From assembly GCA_038883715.1 (NCBI GenBank), contig JAVZLS010000012.1, positions 1-48,497 on the forward strand: DNA of 48,497 nucleotides, given 5' to 3'. The stretch is from Candidatus Bathyarchaeia archaeon. GTDB lineage: Archaea; Thermoproteota; Bathyarchaeia; Bathyarchaeales; Bathycorpusculaceae. The translations under genes and the position numbers were made by a program. Under the pieces are notes generated by a model. That model made no database searches, was not told the DNA's origin, and worked only from the letters and a program-made list of their open reading frames with translations. Shown here piece by piece: positions 18,146 through 28,275 of the stretch; position 1 is the first letter of the stretch, and every line of letters begins with the position of its first letter.

Positions 18146-18922
18146 TTAGGGTGGAACTACAAATTTTATGGCTTTGTTCGGGCATTCTTCAACGCAGATA
18201 CCGCATTTTATGCACTCGGTTGATTTTTTGAGTTTTATTATTTCGATTTGCATGGGGCATATTTTTTCGCACATGCCACATCCATTACATTTTTCTTGAT
18301 TTACTTCAACGTGCATTAGGCTAACTTTGTTGAAGACCGCCAACCAAGCTCCAAATGGACATAGGTATCTGCACCAAAATCTTGTTATCGCAATCATTAA
18401 TAAAATTAAGAATCCGAATATCAATATTCTTGTTGCGAAAAGTGTTGTAAATGTTGTTTCATGCTGGAGGTGGTAGGGTATGGCTGCTTCTATTGTTGCT
18501 GCTGGGCATATTTTGCAGAAAAGAACGTCTGAAACCATCCAAGCAAGTAAAAGAGTGAGGGAAAGAACTACAAACTTTACGAGTATAGCCTTTTTATGAG
18601 CTCTTTTGCTAATAGTCACTTTCCTTTTAGTAATTTTGTCCAGTAAATCTTGAAGCAATCCGAATGGACATGCCCAGCCGCAGAATAACCTTCCAAGCGT
18701 GATCCCATACAATGCTATTGAGCCAAGTGGATACCATGGAATTTCGCCGAGGGCGATGAAGCGTTGCATTATGCCTATGGGACATGCGGCTGTGGCGAGG
18801 GGGCAAGCATAACAGTGCAAGAATGGGTAGATTATGTGCATTGCTGTTATTCCTAGGAAGCCTCCACAGGCTAAGGTTAAGGAAATGAGTTGTGAGATTC
18901 TGCGTAGTTTTCCCAGATTCAT
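18146..18922 (-). CDS. Membrane polyferredoxin (NapH/MauN-like)
   Basis: CYACP..ACP, GRLFCGWACPFG, FCKICP, RFWCRYLCPFG, two C-terminal ferredoxin Cys clusters, several TM segments. Confidence 0.88.
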   Translation of the reverse strand: MNLGKLRRISQLISLTLACGGFLGITAMHIIYPFLHCYACPLATAACPIGIMQRFIALGEIPWYPLGSIALYGITLGRLFCGWACPFGLLQDLLDKITKRKVTISKRAHKKAILVKFVVLSLTLLLAWMVSDVLFCKICPAATIEAAIPYHLQHETTFTTLFATRILIFGFLILLMIAITRFWCRYLCPFGAWLAVFNKVSLMHVEVNQEKCNGCGMCEKICPMQIEIIKLKKSTECIKCGICVEECPNKAIKFVVPP

Positions 18923-18923
18923 T

Positions 18924-19376
18924 TTACTTCCTCGAAAATTCTATGATTGTGCTGATTAATTCGTCGCGGATGGCTTTTAATCCCTCTAATTTTTTGTCTC
19001 CAACAACAACTGTTGGAACATATCTGATACCATAATATTCAACCATGGACTGGTTTTCTAAAACATCTATTTCAGAATAAGAAACCTTTCCACTTGATGC
19101 CCCACAAACTGATTCGATATAGTCGTGAGCCTCGTAACAATCTATGCATCCCTTCATTGTGAAGAGGAGGACGTGGACGGGCTTCTCAACTTTGGTCAGT
19201 TCAGCTTTTTCACGGAAAGTTAACTCGGGTGCTATTTCCTCGATACCCAAACATGAAGTGCATATAACCGATGAGTAAACACGTGTAACGTCAAGCTGAC
19301 CTTTTATAAGGATACCATAGCATATCAAAAGAACCGCAATGGAGGCGCCTGATAATGACAAAATTCTTGTATTCAT
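18924..19376 (-). CDS. Membrane-anchored thioredoxin-like protein with an extra N-terminal CxxC
   Basis: N-terminal TM, ICTSCLGI, then thioredoxin fold with GCIDC and YVPTVV. Confidence 0.8.
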   Translation of the reverse strand: MNTRILSLSGASIAVLLICYGILIKGQLDVTRVYSSVICTSCLGIEEIAPELTFREKAELTKVEKPVHVLLFTMKGCIDCYEAHDYIESVCGASSGKVSYSEIDVLENQSMVEYYGIRYVPTVVVGDKKLEGLKAIRDELISTIIEFSRK

Positions 19377-19453
19377 TCATTAACCCCTCATGAGAATAGA
19401 TTATTAAAATTTATATCACCTAAAAAGGATTTAGATTAATAGGAGGCTACTTT

Positions 19454-20161
19454 ACGCTAAAGAAATCATCTTTAACGTTTTCAACATCATTAATCTTAGC
19501 GGCTAATTTGCTGGTTCTTGTATTAATTCCTAACGTAAAAGGTGTTTTGAACGTGGGCGTACCCGCACCCAATTTTACGTTGGTCGACGCTATAAGTGGT
19601 AACCCAATTAGTTTGTCTGGCTGTGCTGGCAAAATAGTGGTTATCGACTTTTTTGCAACCTGGTGCATGCCATGTAGACAAGCGATTGATTCTGAGCTTG
19701 TACCATTGTACAACCAATATTATGCCAATAACCCAAATGTTGTTTTCCTATCTATAGACATTTGGGAACCATCTATCACTCGCCAACAACTCATACAGTT
19801 TGCCGATGAACATAACATTGGCTGGCCTATTCTCATGGGGTCAAATTCAAATATAGACCGTGACTATAACATTGAGGGAGTGCCAACATTATACGTTGTA
19901 GATGGCAATGGAATAATTAGATGGTGTCATGTAGGGGCAACTCCAGGACTGGGTGAGGCTTTAAGAAGTCAAATCGAAAGTCTATTAGGGTCTTCAACGG
20001 GCGGCGATAGAGGTGGTGGTGTTGATTGGCGAATTTTAACAGTCGTTATTGTTATCATCGTGATTGTGGTTGTTGCAACTCTAATAGTGCTGCGTAAAAG
20101 AGTAAAGGCGCCCGCTCCAGCTCAGCTTCCGCCGCCTCCACCCCCTCCTCCGCCACCCTAA
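19454..20161 (+). CDS. TlpA/ResA-like thiol-disulfide oxidoreductase, exported, C-terminal TM and polyproline tail
   Basis: APNFTL, GKIVVIDFFATWCMPC, GVPTLYVVDGNG. Start placed at ACG 19454 behind AGGAGG; first standard start is TTG 19508. Confidence 0.85.
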   Translation, partial: TLKKSSLTFSTSLILAANLLVLVLIPNVKGVLNVGVPAPNFTLVDAISGNPISLSGCAGKIVVIDFFATWCMPCRQAIDSELVPLYNQYYANNPNVVFLSIDIWEPSITRQQLIQFADEHNIGWPILMGSNSNIDRDYNIEGVPTLYVVDGNGIIRWCHVGATPGLGEALRSQIESLLGSSTGGDRGGGVDWRILTVVIVIIVIVVVATLIVLRKRVKAPAPAQLPPPPPPPPPP

Positions 20162-20243
20162 CGAAAGCAAATTAAAAATCTGCCAGCTTCTTAACAACCA
20201 TTTATATGCCCTTTTTGTAATGATGTAGTTTTGGTGTATCCGC

Positions 20244-21923
20244 TTGTTTGACATGGAAATACTGGAAAGGGTTAGGCGTGAAAAGGAGCGCTGGGAAAGG
20301 GAGACTGTGGCTAAAAGCCTTGAGAGACTTCCGGAGCGGGGCGAATTTTTAACAAGCTCTGACATACCAGTAAGCCGCCTCTACACACCAGCAGACATCG
20401 CCAATCTAGACTATTTTGGGGATTTAGGTTTTCCTGGCGAGTATCCCTTCACTCGTGGCGTTTATCCAACCATGTACCGTGCTCGTTTTTGGACTATGAG
20501 GCAGTATGCTGGCTTTGGCACCGCTGAGCAGACAAACCAGCGTTTCAAATACTTGTTAAGCCAAGGTCAGACAGGGTTAAGCGTGGCTTTTGACTTTCCA
20601 ACGCAGGTGGGTTATGATTGCGACCATCCCATGGCAAGGGGCGAAGTTGGCAAGGCTGGCGTGAGCGTTAGCACTTTGCGGGATATGGAAATAGTTTTTG
20701 AAGGCATACCCTTGGACAAAATTACAACTTCTATGACTATTAATGCGCCGGCGGCGGTTCTGCTCGCCATGTATATTGTTGTGGGCGAGAAGCATGGCGT
20801 TCCGCAGAGCGTGCTTGATGGCACTGTGCAGAATGACATTTTGAAGGAGTATGTTGCCAGAGGCATGTATATCTTTCCACCTAAGCCTTCCATGCGCCTA
20901 GTCACAGACATTTTCGAATATTGTGCCAAAAACGTGCCAAAGTGGAACACCATAAGCATAAGCGGCTACCACATCCGAGAGGCTGGAGCCACGGCGGTTC
21001 AAGAAATAGCCTTCACATTCGCCAATGCCATAGCCTATGTGCAAGCCGCCATAGACAGAGGTTTAGACGTTGACAAATTCGCTGGTAGGCTCTCGTTTTT
21101 CTTTGCGGCGCACAACAACTTGTTTGAGGAGGTTGCCAAGTTTAGGGCTGCTAGGCGTTTGTGGGCTAAAATAATGAGGGAACGTTTCGGTGCCAAAAAC
21201 CCGACCTCTTGGATGCTGCGCTTTCACACGCAGACTTCTGGGGTTTCGCTTACAGCCCAGCAGCCTCTAAACAATATTATCCGCGTAACCATTCAAGCCT
21301 TGGCAGCAGTTTTAGGTGGAACCCAGTCGCTGCATACAAACTCTTTTGATGAGGCTTATGCTTTGCCCAGCGAGCAAGCCGTAACCATAGCGCTTAGAAC
21401 CCAGCAGATAATAGCCTATGAGAGCGGTGTTGCAGACACTATAGACCCGCTTGGCGGCTCCTATTACGTGGAGTACTTGACAAACCAGATTGAGGAGAAA
21501 GCCACAAAATACATTGAGCAGATAGATGAGATGGGAGGGGCTGTTGCCGCCATAGAGAAGGGCTTCATGCAGAGGGAAATAATGGAAAGCGCCTACCACT
21601 ACCAGAAGGAGGTGGAAAGCAAAAAGCGCATAGTGGTCGGCATCAACGAGTTCATAAGCGAGGAGAAAACCCCAATCAAAATTTTGCGAATAAACCCAGA
21701 AATTGAAAAAACACTGATTAAACGCTTACAAGAGGTGAAAAGCCAAAGAAACAATGCCAAAGTCAGGGAAGCCCTAGACAGTTTGCGAAAAGCAGCAGAA
21801 AAGGAAAATGTAAACCTTATGCCCTTCATAATTCAAGCCGTCAAGGAATACGCCACCCTAGGCGAGATATGCGACACCCTCCGCCAAGTTTTCGGAGAGT
21901 ACAAGCCCCCATCCATATTCTAA
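20244..21923 (+). CDS. mcmA: Methylmalonyl-CoA mutase, large (substrate-binding) subunit
   Basis: [56 protein letters not shown]; no B12-binding domain (split type). Confidence 0.93.
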   Translation: MFDMEILERVRREKERWERETVAKSLERLPERGEFLTSSDIPVSRLYTPADIANLDYFGDLGFPGEYPFTRGVYPTMYRARFWTMRQYAGFGTAEQTNQRFKYLLSQGQTGLSVAFDFPTQVGYDCDHPMARGEVGKAGVSVSTLRDMEIVFEGIPLDKITTSMTINAPAAVLLAMYIVVGEKHGVPQSVLDGTVQNDILKEYVARGMYIFPPKPSMRLVTDIFEYCAKNVPKWNTISISGYHIREAGATAVQEIAFTFANAIAYVQAAIDRGLDVDKFAGRLSFFFAAHNNLFEEVAKFRAARRLWAKIMRERFGAKNPTSWMLRFHTQTSGVSLTAQQPLNNIIRVTIQALAAVLGGTQSLHTNSFDEAYALPSEQAVTIALRTQQIIAYESGVADTIDPLGGSYYVEYLTNQIEEKATKYIEQIDEMGGAVAAIEKGFMQREIMESAYHYQKEVESKKRIVVGINEFISEEKTPIKILRINPEIEKTLIKRLQEVKSQRNNAKVREALDSLRKAAEKENVNLMPFIIQAVKEYATLGEICDTLRQVFGEYKPPSIF

Positions 21924-21925
21924 CT

Positions 21926-22486
21926 TTAGCCAATAACAAACAAGGGGTCGCCCTCATTCACGGAGGCGCCCTCTGAAACTAGAATCTCGCGGACTGTCCC
22001 AGCCACCGGCGCCGTAATCTCGTTTTCCATCTTCATGGCTTCCAAAATGCACAATACCTGCCCAGCCTTAACTTGTTCGCCCCTCCCAACCTTTATGGAT
22101 ATTATTTTTCCAGTCATGGGCGCCGTAACAGTCCCAGAAACCACTTGTTTAGGCTTCGGCACTCTCAGCGTCGGCGCTTGAAGGGCTTGTTCCATGACTG
22201 GTGAAACAGCCAACCGCGTCAAAGTGGGCGTTTTCAGCTCCGCTTTAAAAGATGCCCCTTCAACCTTAACCGTGAAAGGTTTTGTCTTGCTAATTTCCTG
22301 TAGAATCACGGCGTACATCTTATCGCCAATTTTTAATTGAAGTTGCTTTTCGGGATGAAGCTTGCCTTCTGGAACCTCAACATTGAAGGATTTTTCTCCA
22401 AGCTTGACCGTGAAGGTTTTTTCGTTAATTTTTGAAACTTCGACTCGCCATGGTTTTCCGTTTATGAAAATTTCGTAGGTTGACAT
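21926..22486 (-). CDS. Biotin carboxyl carrier protein 1
   Basis: APMTG, LEAMKMENE biotinylation motif; starts 1 bp after the carboxyltransferase stop. Confidence 0.92.
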   Translation of the reverse strand: MSTYEIFINGKPWRVEVSKINEKTFTVKLGEKSFNVEVPEGKLHPEKQLQLKIGDKMYAVILQEISKTKPFTVKVEGASFKAELKTPTLTRLAVSPVMEQALQAPTLRVPKPKQVVSGTVTAPMTGKIISIKVGRGEQVKAGQVLCILEAMKMENEITAPVAGTVREILVSEGASVNEGDPLFVIG

Positions 22487-22487
22487 T

Positions 22488-24032
22488 TTAAACACCATGC
22501 TCGGCTAGACTTTGCCTTCCAGCAAGAACCCAAGGCGAAACTCCACGCCTCACCCTTTGCAAGGTTAAGGCTTTAACCTCGCTTAAGCTTGCCATGTAAG
22601 CGGCTATTGCGGCGGAAACGGCTGCCACCTGCTCAAGCTCCGCCATTTTTTCTGGCGGTATGCTTGTTTTCGCTTCTTCTCTTTTGGCTTTCCTTTTCTT
22701 GAAGAATTCTGGGGCTATGGCTGGAAACAAGGCATACGTGAGCATGTCCTCCTCGCTTTCAATGTAGGGTTTAACATCCTCCGGAATCTTGTCCATGGCT
22801 GGTTCAAGAAGATCTGCTGGGCGGCAAGTTATGGGTTCCTCATCGCCAATAATCAGCCGCTTAACTTCCTCGTCTATTGGGGCTGGTGGGCGTCCATAAA
22901 ACCCTTTAACATAGTCTTTTATTTCCTTTGGCACTATGCTATAGCGTTTTCCAGACAGAACGTTGAGCACGGCTTGGATGCCAACGAGCTGACTTGTGGG
23001 TGTCACTAGCGGCGGGTAGCCAAGCTCTTTTCGAACCCTTGGAACCTCCTCTAGAACCTCCTTAAGCCTATGAACAGCGTTCTGCTCCCTTAACTGTTCG
23101 AGAAGGTTGGAGAACATTCCGCCGGGAATTTGGTGAACCATTATGGATGGGTCGACCTTTTCGGCTTTGGGGTCTATGAGCCCCAACGGGTCATAGTATT
23201 TTTCTCTAAGTTCTCTGAAGTATTCTGCAATCTCTTGGAGAAGTTCCATGTCAAGTCCTGGGTCGTAAGGCGTACCCTTCAGAGCAGCCACTACGGATTC
23301 TACTGGCGGCTGGGATGTGCCCCATGCCAATGGTGAGAAGGCGGTGTCTATTATGTCTACTCCGGCTTCGCATGCCCGCAGATATGTCATCATAGCCATC
23401 CCGCTGGTGCAGTGGCAATGCAGGTGCACTGGCAAGCCCACCTCTTTTTTTAGGGCGGTTATTAGTTCGTAGGCTGGTTGTGGCGCCAGCATTCCAGCCA
23501 TGTCCTTTATGCATATGGAGTCGCAGTCAAGCTCAGCCAGCTTCTTGGCGACATTCACGTAATATTCTATTGTGTGGACTGGGCTTATGGTGTAGCATAT
23601 AGTGCCCTGCGCGTGTTTGCCCACTTTTTTGACGGTTTTTATGGCGACTTCCATGTTGCGAACATCGTTTAAGGCGTCGAATACTCGGAATATGTCTATG
23701 CCGTTTTCAGCGGCTTTTTCAACAAATTTTATGACAACATCATCTGGGTAGTTCCTATAACCAACAACATTCTGTCCCCTTAAAAGCATCTGCAGTGGCG
23801 TGCGCTTTATGTGGCGTTTTAATTGGCGGATTCTTTCCCAAGGGTCTTCAGCCAAATAGCGTATGCAGACGTCGAAGGTGGCGCCTCCCCAAACCTCCAT
23901 GGAGAAAAAGCCAACACTGTCCATCTTTTCGGCTATGGGAAGCATTGATTCAGTGCGCATCCTAGTCGCCATCAACGACTGATGAGCGTCTCGAAACGTG
24001 GTGTCCGTAATCTTAACGGGTTTAGATGCCAT
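22488..24032 (-). CDS. Pyruvate/oxaloacetate carboxyltransferase (OadA / PycB / transcarboxylase 5S-like) without a fused biotinyl domain
   Basis: RDAHQSL, EVWGGATFD, LQMLLRGQN, IKDMAG, HCH, HQIPGGM, PPLVTPTSQ. Confidence 0.92.
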   Translation of the reverse strand: MASKPVKITDTTFRDAHQSLMATRMRTESMLPIAEKMDSVGFFSMEVWGGATFDVCIRYLAEDPWERIRQLKRHIKRTPLQMLLRGQNVVGYRNYPDDVVIKFVEKAAENGIDIFRVFDALNDVRNMEVAIKTVKKVGKHAQGTICYTISPVHTIEYYVNVAKKLAELDCDSICIKDMAGMLAPQPAYELITALKKEVGLPVHLHCHCTSGMAMMTYLRACEAGVDIIDTAFSPLAWGTSQPPVESVVAALKGTPYDPGLDMELLQEIAEYFRELREKYYDPLGLIDPKAEKVDPSIMVHQIPGGMFSNLLEQLREQNAVHRLKEVLEEVPRVRKELGYPPLVTPTSQLVGIQAVLNVLSGKRYSIVPKEIKDYVKGFYGRPPAPIDEEVKRLIIGDEEPITCRPADLLEPAMDKIPEDVKPYIESEEDMLTYALFPAIAPEFFKKRKAKREEAKTSIPPEKMAELEQVAAVSAAIAAYMASLSEVKALTLQRVRRGVSPWVLAGRQSLAEHGV

Positions 24033-24103
24033 AAACCGTTGCCTCTCGAGGATTTTGAAGAATTGTTAAGCCACTATTAATCTGTAATGGTCTGTTTCAC
24101 GGA

Positions 24104-24948
24104 TTATTTGCATCCATATTTCCTTTCAAGCCATCGCACAGCGAATTCGACAAAGTCTGCAGCATCGAAAAGGTAAGATTGAGCCTCTCCAACCTTTCCG
24201 ATGCGTCCCCTGCTAGAGGCGAAATATTCCCTTGGTATAGCCTCAAAATATTCACGCGCGTTCGGCAGAACATACCCACAAGTGTCAAATTCCTCAACTT
24301 CAACCCAAACTTTTTTACCTTACCTTCTTGCAAAATTGGCACTTTGTAGCGTATGACCAGTTTGTTAGGCACTTTGGCCAAGTGTTCCGCGTAATGCAAA
24401 AGCGTAATCGAGCCGAAAGGCGCCCCGAGAAGCAGAACCTTGCCCTTAGCCTCGCATAGCTTGGCGAATGGCGAACCCGGCCCGTAACCATATTGGAGTG
24501 GATGGTTTTCCGTGAGCCACTTTGCCTTTGCTCCGACAGCCACACATGAAGCCTCTGGATTGCCACTTCTGTAAGCGCCCGGCCATGTGCGCAAATATTC
24601 AGTTAGTATGCTCCACCTTCTGTGCGCCCGAGAAGTGGCTGGGTTAAAGGGAGGAAACTCCTCGAGGTATGCCCTTTGCCACTCCTCTGGCCATTCTTTG
24701 AACACGTATGGTGCTTCCCAAGGGGAGTCTTCCCAGCCCACATACATCATCAAAGTTCCCTCCTCGCCTAGAACTTCCAGCAAGGCTTGGATGACAACGT
24801 CTGGGCCGCCCACAACCCACCCCACAGCCTTAACAGAGGCATGAAGCATCAACGTGTCTCCTGAGGCAACTCCCAGCCTTTTCAAGTCAGCCACTAGTCT
24901 GCTCTTTGTTATTGGAGGGATTCCGCTTTTTACTGGCTGCTCTCCCAT
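24104..24948 (-). pseudogene. AAC(3)/YokD-family N-acetyltransferase, frameshifted by a 5-bp duplication
   Basis: GDTLMLHASVKAVG, GKVLLLGA, ITLLHYAE. Removing one ACCTT of the tandem at 24317-24326 restores KKVWVEVEEFD...GKVGEAQSYLFDA...WLE to TAA at 24104-24106. Confidence 0.82.
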
Positions 24949-24959
24949 CTTTCAACACT

Positions 24960-26528
24960 TTATAACGGGATGTTTGCATGCTTTTTGGACGGCCTAGCCT
25001 CGCGTTTTGTCATAAGCATTTCAAGAGCGCTAATCAGTTTTGGCCTTGTTTCAGCCGGCTCTATAACCTCGTCAATGTAGCCTTTCTGGGCAGCCACATA
25101 TGGGTTGGCAAACTTCCGCCGGTAATCACTAACGAGTTCTAGACGCTTCTGCTCCGGGTCTGGGGCTTCGGCGATTTCCTTCCGGAAGATTATGTTTATG
25201 GCGCCTTGCGGTCCCATGACGGCTATTTCGGCTGTTGGCCAAGCATAGTTTATGTCTCCGCCAGAATGCTTCGAGCCCATAACGTCGTAGGCTCCGCCAT
25301 AAGCCTTGCGGAGTATAACTGTTATTTTTGGGACTGTGGCTTCGCAGTAAGCGTACAACAGTTTTGAGCCGTGGCGTATTATTCCGCCGTGTTCCTGCTC
25401 TATGCCCGGCAAGAAGCCCGGCACATCCACGAAGGTTATTATTGGTATGTTGAAGCAGTCGCAGAAGCGAACGAATCTTCCGGCTTTAGTAGAGGAGTTT
25501 ATGTCAAGCGCCCCAGCATAATAGGCGGGCTGGTTTGCCACTATACCAACAGAATGCCCATTCAACCTTGCGAAGCCTACGACTATGTTTGGCGCCCATA
25601 AGGGCTGAACTTCAAAGAATTCGCCGTTGTCCACGATGCGGTGGATTATCTCTTTAACGTCGTAGGGTTTGTCTGGGTCATCTGGCATTATGCGGGATAG
25701 CTCCTCTTCTGTGCGGTTTGGGTCGTCACCGGTCTCCACATAGGGCGGGTCTTCAAGGTAGTTGCTGGGCAAATAGCTCAAAAGCCTCTTAATTATTTGG
25801 ATGCAGTGCTCCTCGTCCTTGGCTATGAAGTGGGCTACGCCGCTGGTTTGGCTATGCACCATGGCTCCGCCAAGCTCTTCAAAGGTAACTTCTTGTCCAA
25901 GCACTGTTTTGACAACATCTGGCCCGGTTATGAACATGTAGCTTGTCTTATCCACCATGATTATGAAGTCTGTTAGGGCTGGCGAATACACGGCGCCGCC
26001 TGCACATGGTCCCATAATGGCTGATATTTGTGGTATGACACCGGAAGCCATCACGTTGCGGAAGAATATGTCGCCATAGCCCGCAAGGCTTGCAACGCCC
26101 TCTTGGATACGTGCCCCACCTGAATCGTTTAAGCCTATAACTGGCGCGCCTGTTTTCATCGCTAAGTCCATAAGTTTGCAGACTTTCCTTGCGAACATTT
26201 CACCCAATGAGCCGCCAAAAACTGTAAAATCTTGCGAGAAGACGAAGACTAGTCTTCCGTCTATTGTTCCGTAGCCCGTTACGACGCCGTCGCCCAAATA
26301 TTTGCGTTCAGCCATGCCGAAGTCTGTGCACTGGTGAACCACAAACTGGTCAAGCTCGTTGAAGCTTCCCGGGTCTAGGAGGAGGTCTATGCGTTCTCTT
26401 GCAGTCAGTTTACCCTTAGCGTGCTGCTCCTCGATTCTTTTTAGTCCGCCGCCAAGTTTGGCTTGCTCCCTCATTTCCCTTAAGCGTCTAATCTTCTCCT
26501 CAACAGTTGGCTCCCTAACCTCAACCAT
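24960..26528 (-). CDS. pccB: Acyl-CoA carboxyltransferase (PccB / MmdA / transcarboxylase 12S-like)
   Basis: [70 protein letters not shown]; likely ATG at 26528. Confidence 0.92.
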   Translation of the reverse strand: MVEVREPTVEEKIRRLREMREQAKLGGGLKRIEEQHAKGKLTARERIDLLLDPGSFNELDQFVVHQCTDFGMAERKYLGDGVVTGYGTIDGRLVFVFSQDFTVFGGSLGEMFARKVCKLMDLAMKTGAPVIGLNDSGGARIQEGVASLAGYGDIFFRNVMASGVIPQISAIMGPCAGGAVYSPALTDFIIMVDKTSYMFITGPDVVKTVLGQEVTFEELGGAMVHSQTSGVAHFIAKDEEHCIQIIKRLLSYLPSNYLEDPPYVETGDDPNRTEEELSRIMPDDPDKPYDVKEIIHRIVDNGEFFEVQPLWAPNIVVGFARLNGHSVGIVANQPAYYAGALDINSSTKAGRFVRFCDCFNIPIITFVDVPGFLPGIEQEHGGIIRHGSKLLYAYCEATVPKITVILRKAYGGAYDVMGSKHSGGDINYAWPTAEIAVMGPQGAINIIFRKEIAEAPDPEQKRLELVSDYRRKFANPYVAAQKGYIDEVIEPAETRPKLISALEMLMTKREARPSKKHANIPL

Positions 26529-26657
26529 AACTAAACACCTTCCAGTCTGCTGGAATATGTAGGCGCAATCAGTATTTAGGATATATGCAGCCACTCTTTG
26601 GAAAACTATATCCCCTTTGACAACCATTAATCAAGAGTCGAAAAGGAACGTGCATAA

Positions 26658-27431
26658 ATGATAGAGCAAAACCCTGTTATCCAGACGCTGCTAAGCCACA
26701 AGTCCATAAGAAAGTATAGGGCGGAAATGCCACCAGAAAATGTTATACGCACAATCGTTAGGGCTGGACAGCAGGCGCCTTTCGCTTCACAAGCCTACAG
26801 CATACTATTGTCGCGGAATAGGGAGCACCACCCATACAAGGCGCCGCTGCTTTTCACCATATGCGTCGACTACCACAAGTTCGAGAGGATTATGGAGAAG
26901 CGGGGCTGGAAAATAGTGACCAACGATTTGGCGCTGCTATTTTTCGGGATTCAAGACGTCGCCCTAATGGCAGAAAACATGGTTATAGCCGCCAGAAGCC
27001 TAGGCTTGGGAAGCTGCTTCCTAGGAAGCGCCATGTTCCAAGCAGAAAAAATAGCAGAAGAATACCACTTGCCGAAAAGGGTTTTCCCACTTGTGCAGCT
27101 TGTTATGGGCTACCCGGCTGAAGATCCCCTGCCAAGACCCAGATACCCAATAGAATTCACACTTTTCGAGGGCAAATATCCGGAACTGACAGACGAAATG
27201 GTTTCAGAAGCCATGAGGGTTATGGATGAAGGCTACTTGGCACAAGACTATTATAGGAGGTTAAAGGCGAAAATTCCGCTGGAAGATGGGCGTCCAGACC
27301 CATACACCTACGAAAATTATAGTTGGACAGAGCACATATGCAGAAAATGGGGACAATGGTTCCCGGACCCGAAAGGACTTTTAGAACAGCTGGAAAAACG
27401 CGGATTCCGAATCACGGGAAAGAAAGACTAA
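26658..27431 (+). CDS. Nitroreductase-family flavoprotein (NfsA-like)
   Basis: HKSIRKY, AGQQAP, AARSLGLGSCFLG, MGYP, RPR. Confidence 0.85.
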   Translation: MIEQNPVIQTLLSHKSIRKYRAEMPPENVIRTIVRAGQQAPFASQAYSILLSRNREHHPYKAPLLFTICVDYHKFERIMEKRGWKIVTNDLALLFFGIQDVALMAENMVIAARSLGLGSCFLGSAMFQAEKIAEEYHLPKRVFPLVQLVMGYPAEDPLPRPRYPIEFTLFEGKYPELTDEMVSEAMRVMDEGYLAQDYYRRLKAKIPLEDGRPDPYTYENYSWTEHICRKWGQWFPDPKGLLEQLEKRGFRITGKKD

Positions 27432-27478
27432 TGACATTTAATAGCTTCATATAGAATGTCTGATTGGGAGGGGAATTG

Positions 27479-28213
27479 ATGTGGTATAGGGATTTGTTTA
27501 GAGACAGATGGGCGAAATTCTGGGTAGAGGAATACCTTTCTGAGTTGATGGAAGATACGATGGATGATATAGAATTTCTTAGAACTGCCTTAAGGAAAGG
27601 AGTTACGTTGGATATGTGCTGTGGTCCCGGAAGACATTCAATACCCTTAAGTTCATATATGGATGTTGTAAGCTTCGATTTGAGCAGGGATTTCCTTTTG
27701 GCTATTAAAGATAGAAGTGGCGACAAGTCTCTACATCTGGTTCAAGGGGATATGAGGAAGCTACCTTTTAAAGACGAGTCCTTTGATAATGTGATAAACA
27801 TGCATACAAGTTTCGGCTACTTCTCTGATAAGGAAAACAAGCTCGTTCTGCAAGAGGTTTCTAGAATACTGAAGCCTGAAGGGCTCTTCATATTAGATAT
27901 TGCGAACGCCAAGTGGTTTCTTGGGAATTTTCGGGAAAGAGGATGGGACGAATCTGATAGCTTCTATGTTTTAGAGAAGCGTAATTTAGACTGGGAAACT
28001 AGAAGAATGGTGAGCCGATGGATTCTTATAGACAAGAAAGGAGGAAGCATAGACGAGTTGGTGGTTGACCATAGGCTTTACGATCTGAACGAGTTAAAGA
28101 ACCTGTTAGCACAGGTAAACCTTGAAATACTCAACGTTTTCGGCTCCTCTAAAAAGGAAAGATTCCATGAAATATTATCTAGGAGAATATTAATTATAGC
28201 CAAAAAACACTAA
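27479..28213 (+). CDS. Class I SAM-dependent methyltransferase
   Basis: LDMCCGPGRH, QGDMRKLPF..FDNVINMHTSFGYF, LKPEG. Confidence 0.9.
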   Translation: MWYRDLFRDRWAKFWVEEYLSELMEDTMDDIEFLRTALRKGVTLDMCCGPGRHSIPLSSYMDVVSFDLSRDFLLAIKDRSGDKSLHLVQGDMRKLPFKDESFDNVINMHTSFGYFSDKENKLVLQEVSRILKPEGLFILDIANAKWFLGNFRERGWDESDSFYVLEKRNLDWETRRMVSRWILIDKKGGSIDELVVDHRLYDLNELKNLLAQVNLEILNVFGSSKKERFHEILSRRILIIAKKH

Positions 28214-28275
28214 TTCGGATAAAAAAGGCAAAAAGGCACTTGCGAAAAGAAAGACAAGTTCTAAAACAGCCATTT

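Noticed and set aside
12556-20161. tRNA-anchored integrative element covering the accessory block
   Set aside because: No integrase or transposase, and I found no repeat of the tRNA 3' end downstream; housekeeping-type genes are interspersed.
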